Shown here one piece after another: positions 37,101-51,100 of a stretch of 64,000 nucleotides of DNA. The translations under genes and the position numbers were made by a program. Source of the stretch: Macrostomum hystrix (taxonomy: Eukaryota > Animalia > Platyhelminthes); assembly GCA_950097015.1 (NCBI GenBank), contig CATNEN010000014.1, positions 620,001 through 684,000 of the forward strand, in the 5' to 3' direction. A model generated the notes under the pieces. The model was not told where the DNA came from. It ran no database searches and saw only the letters and a list, made by a program, of their open reading frames with translations. The number at the start of each line of letters is the position of its first letter. Position 1 is the stretch's first letter.

Positions 37101-37444
37101 GGATTAAGATCTTATGTATTAGAGCATTTTAGGGGCAAGAATCTCATTGATAACGGACGGAGATTTTTTAGAGATTAAGATTTCTTAGGGGCTGTGATTT
37201 GAGATTGCTTGCTTTGGCAATTGATTGACTTCATATCTAGAAGCGAAGCAAAATGGGGAGACAGGGGCATCAAACGATACGGATTTGGCTCCAGGTTCAG
37301 CAGATAAAGGAGTTGAAGGTGTTGGAATTGCATCTGCAAGCATGGAGGGACGCAGAAGAACAATCAGAAAGCATAGGACTCAATCGAAAGCCCTTCCAGC
37401 CAGTGAGCTACTTAGGAACCAGCGACACTCCCGGCCCCTGCCAG

Positions 37445-40400
37445 CTAGCTGTTGTCGACGAAGAATGGACTGCCGGCGGCGTCGCAGCCAGAGAGCATCG
37501 GGTCCAGGTCGTTCATCGTCACGCAGGACGCATCGTCATCGTCAACGTCGCCATGGCCAAGTGAGCCGACGTCAGACTCCGTCTTGACGACGACAGTGGG
37601 CGCATTAGAGACGGCGGGAGCGGGGGCGGGGGCGCCAGAGGCTGACAGCGCTGAAGCCGAGGCGCCACTGTCGGCCAGGAAGCCGATGAGCTCTCGGATG
37701 ATGTCCTCGTCGAAGCTGTTGGCGCGGTACTGGACTCCGGAGTCGCGCATCGTTCGCTCCATGTCCTGCAGAAGGACGAGTGCGAGTGAAAGTGAATACT
37801 GCTATCCGTGAACTACTGCCAGTAACGAGTAAGGGACGGCGGGCATTTTCCCGCTGATAAATGTCTCTAAAATCATGTTGAATTTCGGCATTTGGCAGTT
37901 TTAAAGGCGGAACGAACCTGGATTCGAGCAACCAGCGCCTTGTACAGCTGCTCGAGCTTGACCTCTCGCTGGGAGCAGGAGTCCAAGCGCTCCCTGAGCT
38001 GCACGTTTGTGGCCTGCATCTCCTTGATGTACTCCACCGAGGCCTTCAGAATGTTGCCTTTGTTCTTCTTCAATTCGCTACAAAACAAAAGGAAGATCAT
38101 TGCTTTGCGGGTGCAGACTAACCACGTGTGAGGATGATACAATTAGCTTTATATTATAGGATTTTAATCATTGTTTGTGAACCGTGTGATAAACGCATTC
38201 CTGCAATCCTGTGTGTGTAATCTGTGCAATCCTGTGTATGTAATCTGTGCAATCCTGTGTGTGTAATTTGTGCAATCCTGTGTGTGTAATTTGTGCAATC
38301 CTGTGTATGTAATCTGTGCAATCCTGTGTGTGTAATCTGTGCAATCCTGTGTGCGTAATTTGTGCAATCCTGTGTGCGTAATTTGTGCAATCCTGTGTGT
38401 GTAATTTGTGCGATTCTGTGTGTGTAATCTGTCCAATCCTGTTTGTGTAATCTGTACAATCCTGTGTGCGTAATTTGTGCAATCCTGTGTGTGCAATCCT
38501 GTTTGTGTAATCTGTGCAATCCTGTGTATGTAATCTGTGCAATCCTGTGTGCGTAATTTGTGCAATCCTGTGTGTGCAATTCTGTTTGTGTAATCTGTGC
38601 AATCCTGTGTGTGTAATCTGTGCAATCCTGTGTATGTAATCTGTGCAATCCTGTGTGCGTAATTTGTGCAATCCTGTGTGTGTTATTTGTGCAATCCTGT
38701 GTGCGTAATTTGTGCAATCCTGTGTGCGTAATTTGTGCAATCCTGTGTGTGTAATTTGTGCGATTCTGTGTGTGTAATCTGTCCAATCCTGTTTGTGTAA
38801 TCTGTGCAATCCCGTGTGCGTAATTTGTGCAATCCTGTGTGTGCAATCCTGTTTGTGTAGTCTGTGCAATCCTGTTTGTGTAATCTGTGCAATCCTGTTT
38901 GTGTAATCTGTGCAATCCTGTGTGCGTAATTTGTGCAATCCTGTGTGTGTAATCTGTGCAATCCTGTGTGTGTAATCTGTGCAATCCTGTGTGTGTAATC
39001 TGTGCAATCCTGTGTGTGTAATCTGTGCAATCCTGTGTGTGTAATCTGTGCAATCCTGTGTGTGTAATCTGTGCAATCCTGTGTGTGTAATCTGTGCAAT
39101 CCTGTTTGTGTAATCTGTGCAATCCTGCTTGTGTAATCTGTGCAATCCTGTGTGTGTAATCTGTGCAATCCTGTGTGTGTAATCTGTGCAATCCTGTGTG
39201 CGTAATTTGTGCAATCCTGTGTGTGCAATCCTGTGTGTGTAATCTGTGCAATCCTGTTTGTGTAATCTGTGCAATCCTGTTTGTGTAATCTGTGCAATCC
39301 TGTGTGCGTCATTTGTGCAATCCTGTGTGTGTAATCTGTGCAATCCTGTGTGTGTAATCTGTGCAATCCTGTGTGTGTAATTTGTGCAATCCTGTGTGTG
39401 TAATCTGTGCAATCCTGTGTGTGTAATCTGTGCAATCCTGTGTGTGTAATCTGTGCAATCTTGTGTGTGTAATCTGTGCAATCCTGCTTGTGTAATCTGT
39501 GCAATCCTGTGTGTGTAATCTGTGCAATCCTGTTTGTGTAATCTGTGCAATCCTGTGTGCGTAATTTGTGCGATCCTGTGTGTGCAATCCTAACCTCAAT
39601 TTGTGCAATCCTGTGTGTGCAATCCTAACCTCAATTTGTGCAATCCTGTTTGTGTAATCTTTGCGATCCTGTGTGGGCTATTTGATTTAGCCTTTATGAT
39701 CCCAACAATACTGTGTGATCTGGATTGAATGTAATCTTTGATATGGTGTGTGGTCTTTAAGACCCTGCATGCTTTTCATCGTCGTGTGTGATATGCGCGA
39801 TTCTGTGAGATTGTGGCGGCTCACCTCTCCCTGAACCAGGACCTGGGGATGCACTCCCCCAGCTCGCTAATCTGATAATTGATGTTCTCGCGCCGCTTTC
39901 GCTCGATGCGGTTGTGCGACTCTTTCTTGTAGCGGTCTCGCAAAGCGGCCGACTTGTCTTCGTCTGCCAGCTGACTGCCGACGCCACCGCTGCCTGAGCT
40001 GCCACCGATGCTGAAGCCGACAGCGGCTCCGCCAGCAGCTCCTCCGCCCAGCTGGTTCATGGCCAGGAAAATCTGCGTGCTGGCTGGCGCAGATGTTGAA
40101 GGCTTGAAGCCTCCGCCTCCGCCGCCACCGCTGACGCCGCCGATATTGCCGCCGCCGAATCCAAAGCTGCTGTTTGAGGCGGCTTCGTCTGCTGACGGTG
40201 TGCCGAAGCCGGCGAGTTGACCGCTGTGGGTCTGTTGACCGAGTGGAAAGCGACAGCAAAATAATATTGGGACATTGAGAAAGACTGCCTAGGGGTACTT
40301 TGAAACAGAAACAAACAATGCAGCTCGCTTACTGGCACAGTTGAGGACAGCTGGTCGAATGTGGGATCTATGAAGTCAATATCCACTTCCTCCATAGCGT

Positions 40401-40794
40401 TGGGCGCCTCGGACACAGAGGCGGTGGAATTTGGCGACAAAGGCGAGGTCTCCTCCTGCGGGCTCTGCTTGACGATTCTGAAGACATTGCTAGAAGAGAA
40501 TGGTTCCAGGCTACGCGAATGCTGCTGCTGCTGCTGCTGTTGCTGCTGGCTCCAGCTGGCCTGGCCGCCATTGTGCAGGCTTGAAGCCACAATTGGCATT
40601 GGGGCAGCGGATGCTCTTGTGATAATGAGGTTCTGAATTGCTGATGTGGTCACTGGTTGCTGGGTCGACAATGACAGCGATAAGCCCTGCTGCTGAGGCT
40701 GTTGTCGCAGAAGCTGTTGAAGCTGCTGCTGCTGTTCTGGGCTCATTGGCTGCTCCTTAAGCAGCTGCTGACGCAGATTGGTCCTCGAAGTCAT
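37445..40794 (-). CDS. MITF: MiT/TFE family bHLH-leucine zipper transcription factor, about 449 aa
   Basis: Exons 40794-40333, 40231-39825, 38077-37918, 37765-37445; GT-AG and in phase. N-terminal SRTNLRQQLLKEQ, basic/helix 1 KKESHNRIERKRRENIN..I.ELG..IP, helix 2/zipper NKGNILKASVEYIKEMQ. The family is secure; the exact MITF/TFEB/TFE3 orthology is not resolvable by eye. Confidence 0.88.
38190..39665. repeat. 23-bp minisatellite CTGTGCAATCCTGTGTGTGTAAT filling the MiT/TFE intron in the HLH loop
   Basis: Tandem units over about 1.5 kb. Confidence 0.98.
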
Positions 40795-41184
40795 TATCAG
40801 AGATTATTTACTGGCAGGCAGAGATTTCAAGTATCTATATATTAATTTAGGAATGAATGGTGGCTTGACTAGCAGCAGTCTGAAAACTTGCAGTTTTAGC
40901 TGGGATTCTCCAAAATTGGCCAAACAGCCAGAATAGTGCCTCTGCAATTGACCAGGAATTCATTGATAAAAAATGTGAAGAATGAAAATAACTGGTATTA
41001 TAATTACTATGTTGCAATCAATTTCTTAAGCTTTTCACCATTACTCTTATCCAGGCTGAAGAATGCTTATTGACTATAGCTGGCCTATCTGGCCTATAAC
41101 TGACTGCAAGCTTATAACAAGTGCCAAAAAATTGTTTTAAGTTTAAAAAGGTTTGTAATAAGTGGGACACAAGACGAATTTTCA

Positions 41185-41912
41185 TATAAATGATGATGTA
41201 GAACGAATTTTATAAGTTGAAAAACCGCGAATTTTTCTTTGTATATATATTGTTTTAATACGTGTAAATTCCATAAATAGTTTGTTTTACTGCGAAAATA
41301 TTTTGTTTAAATGCACTATAATTATTTTGTTTAAAATGATACATTTTAGTACAAATACAGGAGCGAAACCAGGGGAAAAACTAACCTTGTTCAATGCTGT
41401 TTGAAACAAAGTTCATATACAATACTCAGAATTGTGTTCTTTCATTCTTTATATAACATACGAAGACGAATACTAAGAAAGATTCAAGAGAGAGAAGTAG
41501 AAAGCAATGCTGTATACTTGAGATCATTGGTAAGGCTCTTTGGAAAGCCTATACTCAGAAATACAAACATATAATAAAGAAATCGGCCAGAATAAATAAA
41601 TACACTACCTAAACTAACTAACTGTGATACTCAGAATAATTAAACACAATACTCAGAATAACTAAATATGCTACCAAGAAATTCTTTTAAATACATTTTC
41701 AGAGATTAATTCTATGAAAATATTGAAATTACTTTCAACATTAAAATACCTCTGCAAAACAACTTTCATAGAATATTGACAATAAATATTAATAAATTGA
41801 ATATTAATAAATACAACAACATTGTGAAAGTAAAGCTGGAATAATAATTATCCCTAGCACAACTTTGGTGGCATTCAGTGGGATATTAAATATTATAAAA
41901 TAGCCCTAGTAC
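41185..41912. mobile_element. Non-autonomous deletion derivative of the Merlin-like element at 59140-61165
   Basis: Three collinear blocks match 59145-59250, 59985-60470 and 61095-61160 (e.g. GAAACAAAGTTCATATACAATACTCAGAATTGTG; CTAGCACAACTTTGGTGGCATTCAGTGGGATATTAAATATTATAAAATAGCCCTAGTACA). The transposase segment is absent. Confidence 0.72.
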
Positions 41913-44304
41913 AATGAAATCAAATGAATAATTATCACATTATTATGATAATATTATATAATTATAACTATATAGCAATTAATATCTAAGCTGATTTATA
42001 TAATATGTATTTATATTTTTGGCCAAAAAAATATAATTAAATAGGAAATTGTTATTCACTATTTCATTATGAATAACTATTGCAGGATCCAGACCCTAGT
42101 ATAGGCCAAAATAGCTAGCCCACAAAAAATTGATTGAGAAATAATTAATTATCAAGAAAACAAAAGTGAACAAATTAAGCATTGCATCCCAAATGTTTAG
42201 CATTTCATAAAGTGAACTCGTGAATGAACATTATTAGCTAAATTGAATATTTATCTCATGGCCTAATCTTATCTAATCAAACCAGTCCTGACTACTCTTA
42301 GGTCCTTGTGGAGCATCAAAGTTTTAGGCCTAATGCGTTTATAAAACACAAAAAGTACCATATTAAATATCTTAACTATATCTACTATATGAAAATTTCT
42401 GTCGTTCTGCTATCACCGGCCTACCTTAACACTAATTTTTACAGCTATTACCATATACAGGATTAGTTAGCTCGAGGCTAGCGCTGAATTACTGTTTTCC
42501 GATAGTTTTCCGAGAAACTATATATATTAAAATCTAGAACAATGCAGCAAAACGTACTTTCCGGTGTCAATCAGCTAGTAAAATAGTAAACAAATTTAAC
42601 AACTTTTTTTTAAAAAATATAATACTTCTTATAAAGTTCAGCTCCCAGGATAAGTACCTTTTTTATGCACAAAGATTTTTTATTGCTCTTCACTCAAGAA
42701 GCTGATTCTAGTCGGCGAGATTGGCCAGTTTGATCAAATTAGAGGATCCGACGAGAAAAGTGCGTCGAGTGTGAAATCCACGATTATACAATTATACACG
42801 ATTATACATCGTCGGTAGAATCTTTCTTTCTATCGCGAAATCTTTCTTGATCAGCAGACAGCCGCCGTTGCGGACGGCACTGTGCGTACTTTCCGATGCA
42901 AAAGCACAGTGTTCATATGAAATTGGAAACAAAAGACTACCGAAGCGAAAAAAAGGTAGAGTAAAACTTCTAATGACAGTAGCAGGGGTTCTGATCGCCT
43001 GTGCGGCGAATTCCAGTATAATGCGCTTTTTACCAGTTGCCACTAGAAAATTTTATTCTAAATAATACAGAGGAAGTAAATGGCGACAGTATTAATGGCG
43101 ACAGCGCCAAGATTTTAAGACCGAATGACGATCGAGTAAATGACACGGGTGAGATAAGTGCATATATATTTGGCACAACGCGCAAGTTGATAGAACTGTG
43201 AGAGATACAATTCAGACTACTGGCAACAGTAGAAAAGCAGGGACTTGGCTGCAAAACTCTCACAACACTAAAAAAGTATCGCCATAAAAATGGCAAGCTT
43301 AAAAGAGACTTCTGTGCACACTAGGAGTGGTGGTGGTGGGAGAGGACGGCGTGTGGCTATGGCTGACTGACGAAGGCAAACAAGTCAGAAACCGGTCTCG
43401 GTCTGCCAGCGCGAGGTTCGTTCCCCACTTTTAGTGTGTTACAAGAACTCCACAATTTACTCGAGCGGCACTGCGTCCTCTCTCGTGCAGATCCAAGGTG
43501 CTGAGCATTCATCCGGAGAGAAAAGAACAATTTTTTTTCCAAAATTGATATTGAATATCATTTTGAACGTGAAGATAATAAGAAACGAGATTGCGAGCGT
43601 TTAAGAGAGCGTAAATGTGAGCGTCGAGCGTTGAAGAGCGTAAAAGAAAGAATGTGCACTTCATCCTCAGCTGTACCTCCGACACGCAAAAAATTAACTA
43701 AGGCAATTAAGGTCAACGATATGCAGTCCACGAAGCTTGCCGCACTGCATGAAGCCAAGTCGAAAACCCCCGTTCACTTCCCAATTGGTGCTAGAGCTGG
43801 CGCAGCTGCAGCCAAAGATGACGGGCAGAAAATTATGTATCGCGATATTACCCCAGTCAGCTAGATAGAGCACATGCATGTACTGCTTCAGGTCCGCGAC
43901 TGTCTCAGCCCTGAATTCACTGAGCAGCATGAAACCTAGCAGGCACAGTAAGATTTTCTCAACACGGCGGACACAAGGAACCCGGAGATAAGAAGACTTC
44001 TCTAAGTGACTGCTAAAGTACTTCAGAGTTCTTTTTAGTCGTAGCTGTTGCTCAGATTTTCCGCAACATTGAGAACATGTCAGGTTCGCAACCTTCATAA
44101 TCCACTCTCCACTGTCAGTCCTTAATCTATAAATGCATGCACATGCAATGTTTTTGGTAGACCCACAAGGCCTGCAGATACCAAATTTTCTGGATTCTCA
44201 GAAAAGAATAACCGATTATCCCATATTATCACAGAGCACAGAATATTTACGCTAGAAGACTTCAGAATTTATAAATGAGCTTAATTTTTCCCTTAGTCTT
44301 AGGA

Positions 44305-44645
44305 GGGTGAGTGGCAGAGTGTTCAACGCGTTTGCCTCTAGCACCGAGGTCCCTGAGCTCGATTCCACGGCGAGGCCACATTTATTTAGAGCGCAGCCGC
44401 AAAGCGAAGGCTTGGGGGGGCTTTTTGTGCTATTTAAGACCTTAAAGGCCAACCTCCAAGGCAAGTAAGGCTGTACACTGCCTGATGATGAAAAAGTCTG
44501 TGTGAGTGAACCTGCGTACAGTATCTGTGCGTGTGAGTGCTCAGGGTCAGCGAAATGGGCAGAGTTGCCTCCTCGCTGGCTGTGCATGGGTCTAGTCTCT
44601 ATAGTTGTCACGAAACAATGCGCTATTGTCCGCAGTCCTCTAGCA

Positions 44646-44675
<30 letters not shown>
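44305..44675 (+). mobile_element. tRNA-derived SINE, copy 2
   Basis: GTGGCAGAGTGTTCAACGCG, CTCGATTCC, shared body and (ATT)n tail. Confidence 0.87.
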
Positions 44676-44676
<1 letters not shown>

Positions 44677-44712
44677 CCTAAGTCTAAAACAGATGCTGCC
44701 AGGCACAATTAT

Positions 44713-45455
44713 TTAATTGTTCGCTTGTGGTTGCGCAGCTTCACAACAGGTCGCGGTGACCGGCACAGCAAAATGAACACCGGACGCACTGTCCACGGCC
44801 TTATCATTTTTTTCTGGCTGCTGCTGCTGCTGCCGCCGCTGCATCTGCTGCTGAATGAGAATCTGCGCAGTCAGGGCGCTACATCGGGCCAACTTTGAGA
44901 GCAGCTGGCGGTTCGCGGCCTTCAGGTTCGCCTGTAGATTAACAAGTTCAAGCGCGATGTGCGATGTGCATGGCAAAAGCAACTCGGACCAATCAATTAT
45001 TAAGCTTGTTCAAAAGTATCTGTCCTGATCCATTGGACTAGAACCTGATGTGCAATGTCAGATTGTAATGGCTTTCAAGTAGCCTTTGATTACCTGAAAA
45101 CTACCTTTCTGTGACCCATTTCCGCCATGTAAAAGAATGTTTTGAATACAAAAGACAGTCCAATTTGTTTTCCCTTTGGGATTCTTTCGCGCGCAAGCAA
45201 TAATTTTCTCCCGAGCTTGCTGTTTTTCGCTTTGTCAAATAGACAGGTAAACGATTTAAAAAAATTTCAAATGACTTTTGCAGTTTTATTTGCAAAATGC
45301 TTTGTTGGCGAAACTTTCGCCATAAGGGCCCGAATTTACCGACCTGGCTTGATTTGCGAAAGCTTACAAAAATAAATTAGTTTTAAATTGAAACTCAGAA
45401 GATTAGCAAGGACAAAAGATTTTACCGTTTGCTGACAGAGCCAGTCCAGCTCCAT
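44713..45455 (-). CDS. Small Gln-rich coiled-coil hypothetical protein (about 82 aa, possibly 5'-incomplete)
   Basis: MELDWLCQQT (45455-45426, donor gtaaaa) joins ctacag/ANLKAANRQLLSKLARC.. (44931-44713) in phase 0. Confidence 0.4.
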
Positions 45456-45994
45456 TCTTAGCTCCGTCTCTCGTTCTGAGTTCGAGCCCGGCCTTATTTT
45501 AATCCCGAACGAAGCAGCAGATAGCTCGTAATGTCGACATTGTCATTTGGAACTTGCCTATACAGTCGAACTGTATAGCTGTATTGTGGAGAGCGATAAA
45601 AATATTTATACTCAAGCCTTGTACTTGAGCTCTGCTCAGTTATTGTGTGATTCTCGCCAGCTTGCGCACCGATGAATTGTGCAGCGAGCCATGCCGGCAG
45701 CCGCGCACGGCTCATCGCGTCTCACCCGCTTATCGCAGGATTATTTCACGCAGCAATCTGCAGGTCTCGCTATCGGAAACCACGCAAGTGAAAAACGAAA
45801 CAAAAGCGAATTTTGAAAAAGCCTTTACCACCAGCCGCATGGCTTGCTTTTCATTCAGGGCAGTGTGACCCTTGTGGTATTACAATCAGTTTACCATTGG
45901 ACATACTATTGGACATACTAAAAGCTAATTCATGATGCATGCACTAGCACACGTAAGCTCTAGGCCTACAGGTATGCTGTTGGATAGCTGTACC

Positions 45995-47455
45995 TGCATT
46001 TTCAACCCGATCTGCTGCGAATGTGTCCAACCCGATCTGCTGCGAATGTGTCCAACCCGATCTGCTGCGAATGTGTCCAACCCCATCTGCTGCGAAATGT
46101 CTCCAACCCGATCTGCTGCGAATGTGTCCAACCCGATCTGCTGCGAATGTGTCCAACCCGATCTGCTGCGAATGTGTCCAACCCGATCTGCTGCGAATGT
46201 GTCCAACCCGATCTGCTGCGAATGTGTCCAACCCGATCTGCTGCGAATGTGTCCAACCCGATCTGCTGCGAAATGTCTCCAACCCGATCTGCTGCGAATG
46301 TTCCCAACCCGATCTGCTGCGAATGTGTCCAACCCGATCTGCTGCGAATGTGTCCAACCCGATCTGCTGCGAAATGTCTCCAACCCGATCTGCTGCGAAT
46401 GTGTCCAACCCCATCTGCTGCGAATGTGTCCAACCCGATCTGCTGCGAATGTGTCCAACCCGATCTGCTGCGAATGTGTCCAACCCCATCTGCTGCGAAT
46501 GTGTCCAACCCGATCTGCTGCGAATGTGTCCAACCCCATCTGCTGCGAAATGTCTCCAACCCGATCTGCTGCGAATGTGTCCAACCCGATCTGCTGCGAA
46601 TGTGTCCAACCCAATCTGCTGCGAATGTGTCCAACCCCATCAGCTGCGAATGTGACCAACCCGATCTGCTGCGAATGTGTCCAACCCGATCTGCTGCGAA
46701 TGTGTCCAACCCGATCTGCTGCGAATGTGTCCAACCCGATCTGCTGCGAAATGTCTCCAACCCGATCTGCTGCGAATGTTCCCAACCCGATCTGCTGCGT
46801 ATGTGTCCAACCCGATCTGCTGCGAATGTGTCCAACCCGATCTGCTGCGAAATGTCTCCAACCCGATCTGCTGCGAATGTGTCCAACCCGATCTGCTGCG
46901 AATGTGTCCAACCCCATCTGCTGCGAATGTGTCCAACCCGATCTGCTGCGAATGTGTCCAACCCGATCTGCTGCGTATGTGTCCAACCGCATCTGCTGCG
47001 AATGTGTCCAACCCCATCTGCTGCGAATGTGTCCAACCCCATCTGCTGCGAATGTGTCCAACCCCATCTGCTGCGAATGTGTCCAACCCCATCTGCTGCG
47101 AAATGTCTCCAACCCGATCTGCTGCGAATGTGTCCAACCCGATCTGCTGCGAATGTGTCCAACCCGATCTGCTGCGAATGTGTCCAACCCGATCTGCTGC
47201 GAATGTGTCCAACCCCATCTGCTGCGAAATGTCTCCAACCCCATCTGCTGCGAATGTGTCCAACCCCATCTGCTGCGAATGTGTCCAACCCCATCTGCTG
47301 CGAATGTGTCTAACCCGATCTGCTGCGAATGTGTCCAACCCGATCTGCTGCGAATGTGTCCAACCCGATCTGCTGCGAATGTGTCCAACCCGATCTGCTG
47401 CGAATGTGTCCAACCCGATCTGCTGCGAATGTGTCCAACCCCATCTGCTGTGAAG
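45995..47455. repeat. 25-bp minisatellite AACCCGATCTGCTGCGAATGTGTCC (with 26-bp variants), about 58 units
   Basis: Period of 25 seen directly (46026, 46051). Confidence 0.98.
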
Positions 47456-48109
47456 TGAATGCCTTCAACCCGATCTCGTCTGAATGCTTCTAAATGCCTC
47501 TGAATGTTTCTGAATGTCTATGGATTTCTCTGAATAGTTCAAGGATATGGAATATTAGTGTTTCAAATCAGCAGCTTGCTTTCAGCAGCGTGGATTCACG
47601 TGAAGACAACTCAAGTAAAGTACGAAACGTCAGCTGTCCTTGGGGATCATTGTTGAAAGAATGAACATCGTTCCGGAACATGGCATAGAACAGGTTCAGC
47701 TTATTAACACCGACTCTATCACAAAGCTGCAGGTGAGAATGACGTCAATTTTTTTTGCGCGGAGCGTTTCGCTCGCTGTTCTCTCAACCGGGCCCAAAGG
47801 CACTCCCGCACTGTTATAAGAGATTGGAGAAAGGCCTTACCTGAGCAAGCAGGCGAGCAAATAAAACAGACTGCGTTAGCCAGCTCCGCTCGGCCTGCTC
47901 GCGTATCTCTACTGATAAAGCTGGTCGCACATATTGGCTCGTCGGGGGCCGGTTGAGTCAACAGCCGGATAAGTTGAGTGTACACTGGGTATTCAAAATG
48001 CTGCCTACTCATTGCTTTAGTGCTTCTTCGTGCTTATAAAGTCCTCCATTGCATAAAAGATCACGGAGTGCATGTCGATGATCGATAGCTAACCTCACCA
48101 ATTGGAGAC

Positions 48110-51100
48110 ATGAGCAGCAACAGACTTGCCTTTACACAAGGGCTCTGTCCGGCCCAGCCTTTGCTTCTCATTCTGATAATGCTTTCTAGGCATCTGGTCT
48201 CCGCTTCGTCTGTAAAGGTAAGTATAGTTCGTCATACGTCTGTTCTATGACTCATGTCCGGGTCGGGAATTTCTGCCAGTAGTATGCGCGAAGGGCTCGC
48301 AAGTGTTGATGCTAGGCCAGCAGCCGAGGGCTCGAGAACTGATTGGTGAATTGATTGGCACCGACTCGAGCAATTCTGCAGAAATGTCTCCTTAGTACTC
48401 GTATCATCTCGTTCCGCAACCTATTTACAATATCATCTGATTGATAGATGAAGCACAGATGACGCTAACCTCACCTGTATACAGGATATGCTGGTTCAGG
48501 CCACACACTGCGCATCTGGCGGCAAATCTTGGACTCTTCAGCTGCCGGTCTGGTCCCGACTTCTCAGTAACTCATCTGAAGTACAAGTCTGCCTGAATCA
48601 CTTGGAGTATGAGTCCACAGGCAACCTAAAAGTAAGTTGGATCAACGGAACTTTGAAGAGCGAGCTGCCAATTGATTCCTGTGTGACAATGCCAGCACCT
48701 AGCTACGAGGGGCGATCAAAGACTTCCAGTCCTGAGCTGGTGCTGCTGCTTGAGCTGCGCTGCCCGAGTCAGTGGGACTCTCAAGTGGCAAAGCTCTCCC
48801 TGAGCGGTTCGGGTTTCGTGCAAGAAGTCAGCATGACCAGGAATAAAAACGATAGTATGTTTATCTACTCAACTCTTATTGGTTTATTGGCGTAGTTAAC
48901 ACGTGAGGATTTTGAAAACTCACCGAATTGGTTCATGAATTGCAGGTAATTGTGAGCTAGTGCAAACAATCAGCGGCTTCTCGGCAGAAAACGGGAGCCC
49001 GATGTCTCTGGTCATCGCGCTCATTAAGTCGCCTCAGCCCGGTAACCTGTCGCTGCAGCTAAAAACTTCGCAATCAAAACCGGTTCCGATAGACTTTCTG
49101 ACTCAGGTAGGAGACTGTGCCAGGTATCAGGTACTCCCAATGAAAGTACGAGTAGACCAGATCTAAACTAAAAATCTGGATGTCTTGCAGCGCTCAAATG
49201 GCATCAGGTACACGAAGTCCGGGGACTCCGAGCTCGTGTGGGTGGACACCGCCGCATTGAATGAGCAGCTGGCCATGGAGTTTGGCCTGGACTCGAACTC
49301 AGAGCCAATGGAGGGAGAGATTCAGGTCAGATTTGAATCTAAGACGAAGAGCTAATACTTACATTGATTGCTTTACTGTAGAATCCAAATAATCAAAATT
49401 GAGGCTCTTGTCTCCTGTAATTCAAGTGCGTTAGAATTTCGGAGCTTGCCACTAAGGACATGATGCTCTTGTCTCCTGTAATTCAAGTGCGTTAGAATTT
49501 CGGAGCTTGCCACTAAGGACATGATGCTCTTGTCTCCTGTAATTCAAGTGCGTTAGAATTTCGGAGCTTGCCACTAAGGACATGATGCTCTTGTCTCCTG
49601 TAATTCAAGTGCGTTAGAATTTCGGAGCTTGCCACTAAGGACATGATGCTCTTGTCTCCTGTAATTCAAGTGCGTTAGAATTTCGGAGCTTGCCACTAAG
49701 GACATGATGCTCTTGTCTCCTGTAATTCAAGTGCGTTAGAATTTCGGAGCTTGCCACTAAGGACATGATGCTCTTGCTCAATTTCACAATTAGAATTTAC
49801 TGATCGTTTCAGATCATGTGCGGCCAGTCAACCGAGTGCAGGTGCAGGGCGAAAGGTATGATATTAACAAACAAGTTCGTATTTTTAAGCTCCGATAACA
49901 TTCGAAAATGTGCATGGGCTGAAGTTGCACTCGAACTTTAAATATAAATTCATCTAGCGCAGCCGTCTCACAGTTTATACAGATTACCGTATGTTTTAGC
50001 GCCATAAAATATACTTATAAGCATGTGCATTAGCAGATACACTTTCTGAATACCAAAAAGGTCCCAAAATAGAGGTGACTCCTCTGGTCCATCCAACTGA
50101 AACTCCGGAGCCAATCAAAGCCTGGAGAGTGATTTGCATCATCCTAGCAGCGACTTTTGGTGAGCTTTGTACTTGATTGTTCGATTCACTGATTGCATTG
50201 TATTGATTATTTTCAGACTTCATTTTCAAACAACAAAGGGAAAATCTCACGTAAGCAGTTAACATACCGGTACGGTAGGTTAACAACGACAAGCTCGTGA
50301 ATAGTTTTAAATTTTTGGTATTCAGTAACCTTGCTATATGAGCACTTACTGCAGCTTGGCTTCAGTGCCGCAGGCTAAATTGAAAGGCAGCACCAACAAA
50401 AGGCATACTTTATTATTAAAACTATATGTTACGAGCTTGGCATAGCTCGTAGTATGATCTTGATAGTGACTCACTGCTCCACTTATCTTTAGTGCTTTTG
50501 CTTTGGTACGTAAGTACGTTCAGTTCTACTAGTTTTACAGATTGGGCGTGAGTGGCAGAGTGGTCTAAAGCGTTCGCCTCTCTTGCCAAGGCTCATAAGC
50601 GTTGCCGCTCGATTCCGTGGCGAAGCCACATTAATTTTGGGGGCAGCCGCTGAAAAAAGGCTTGAGGGCTTGTCGTGCAATTTACACCCTTCTTGAGGGC
50701 CAACCTCCAAGGCACAGTGCCCGAGAAAAAATACTATGATAAACTTGACAAGAAACTTTAAAAGTAAACATGACATGCTTGAATAATTGCTGTAAAGTAT
50801 TGTTACAATTAAGCTTGGCAAGTTTGGGAAGCTGATTTTGAATTTAAAGTTGCTTTTAAGTACAGATACCAAACTATACCAGATAATAACTTCCAAGTAC
50901 TTCTCAAGTATTCAATGTTTGAACTACATGTCGACCGACCTACTTCAAGCCAAGCTAGTACTTGGATCTCCAACATGACAAACTTTTTAAGTACAGTTAA
51001 GTACCAAGTACCATTGCAGACTTGACAAGTTTACAATGTTTTTTTCTCGGGTGAAAGCGTCCACTGCCTTACGATGAGAAAGTCAGCAAAATGGCCAGAA

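Noticed and set aside
38154-39608. His/Thr-rich ORFs
   Set aside because: Minisatellite artefacts inside the MiT/TFE intron.
45925-47458. Cys-rich metallothionein-like 430-508-aa ORFs
   Set aside because: The 25/26-bp unit is not a multiple of 3, and all frames cycle through the same peptides.
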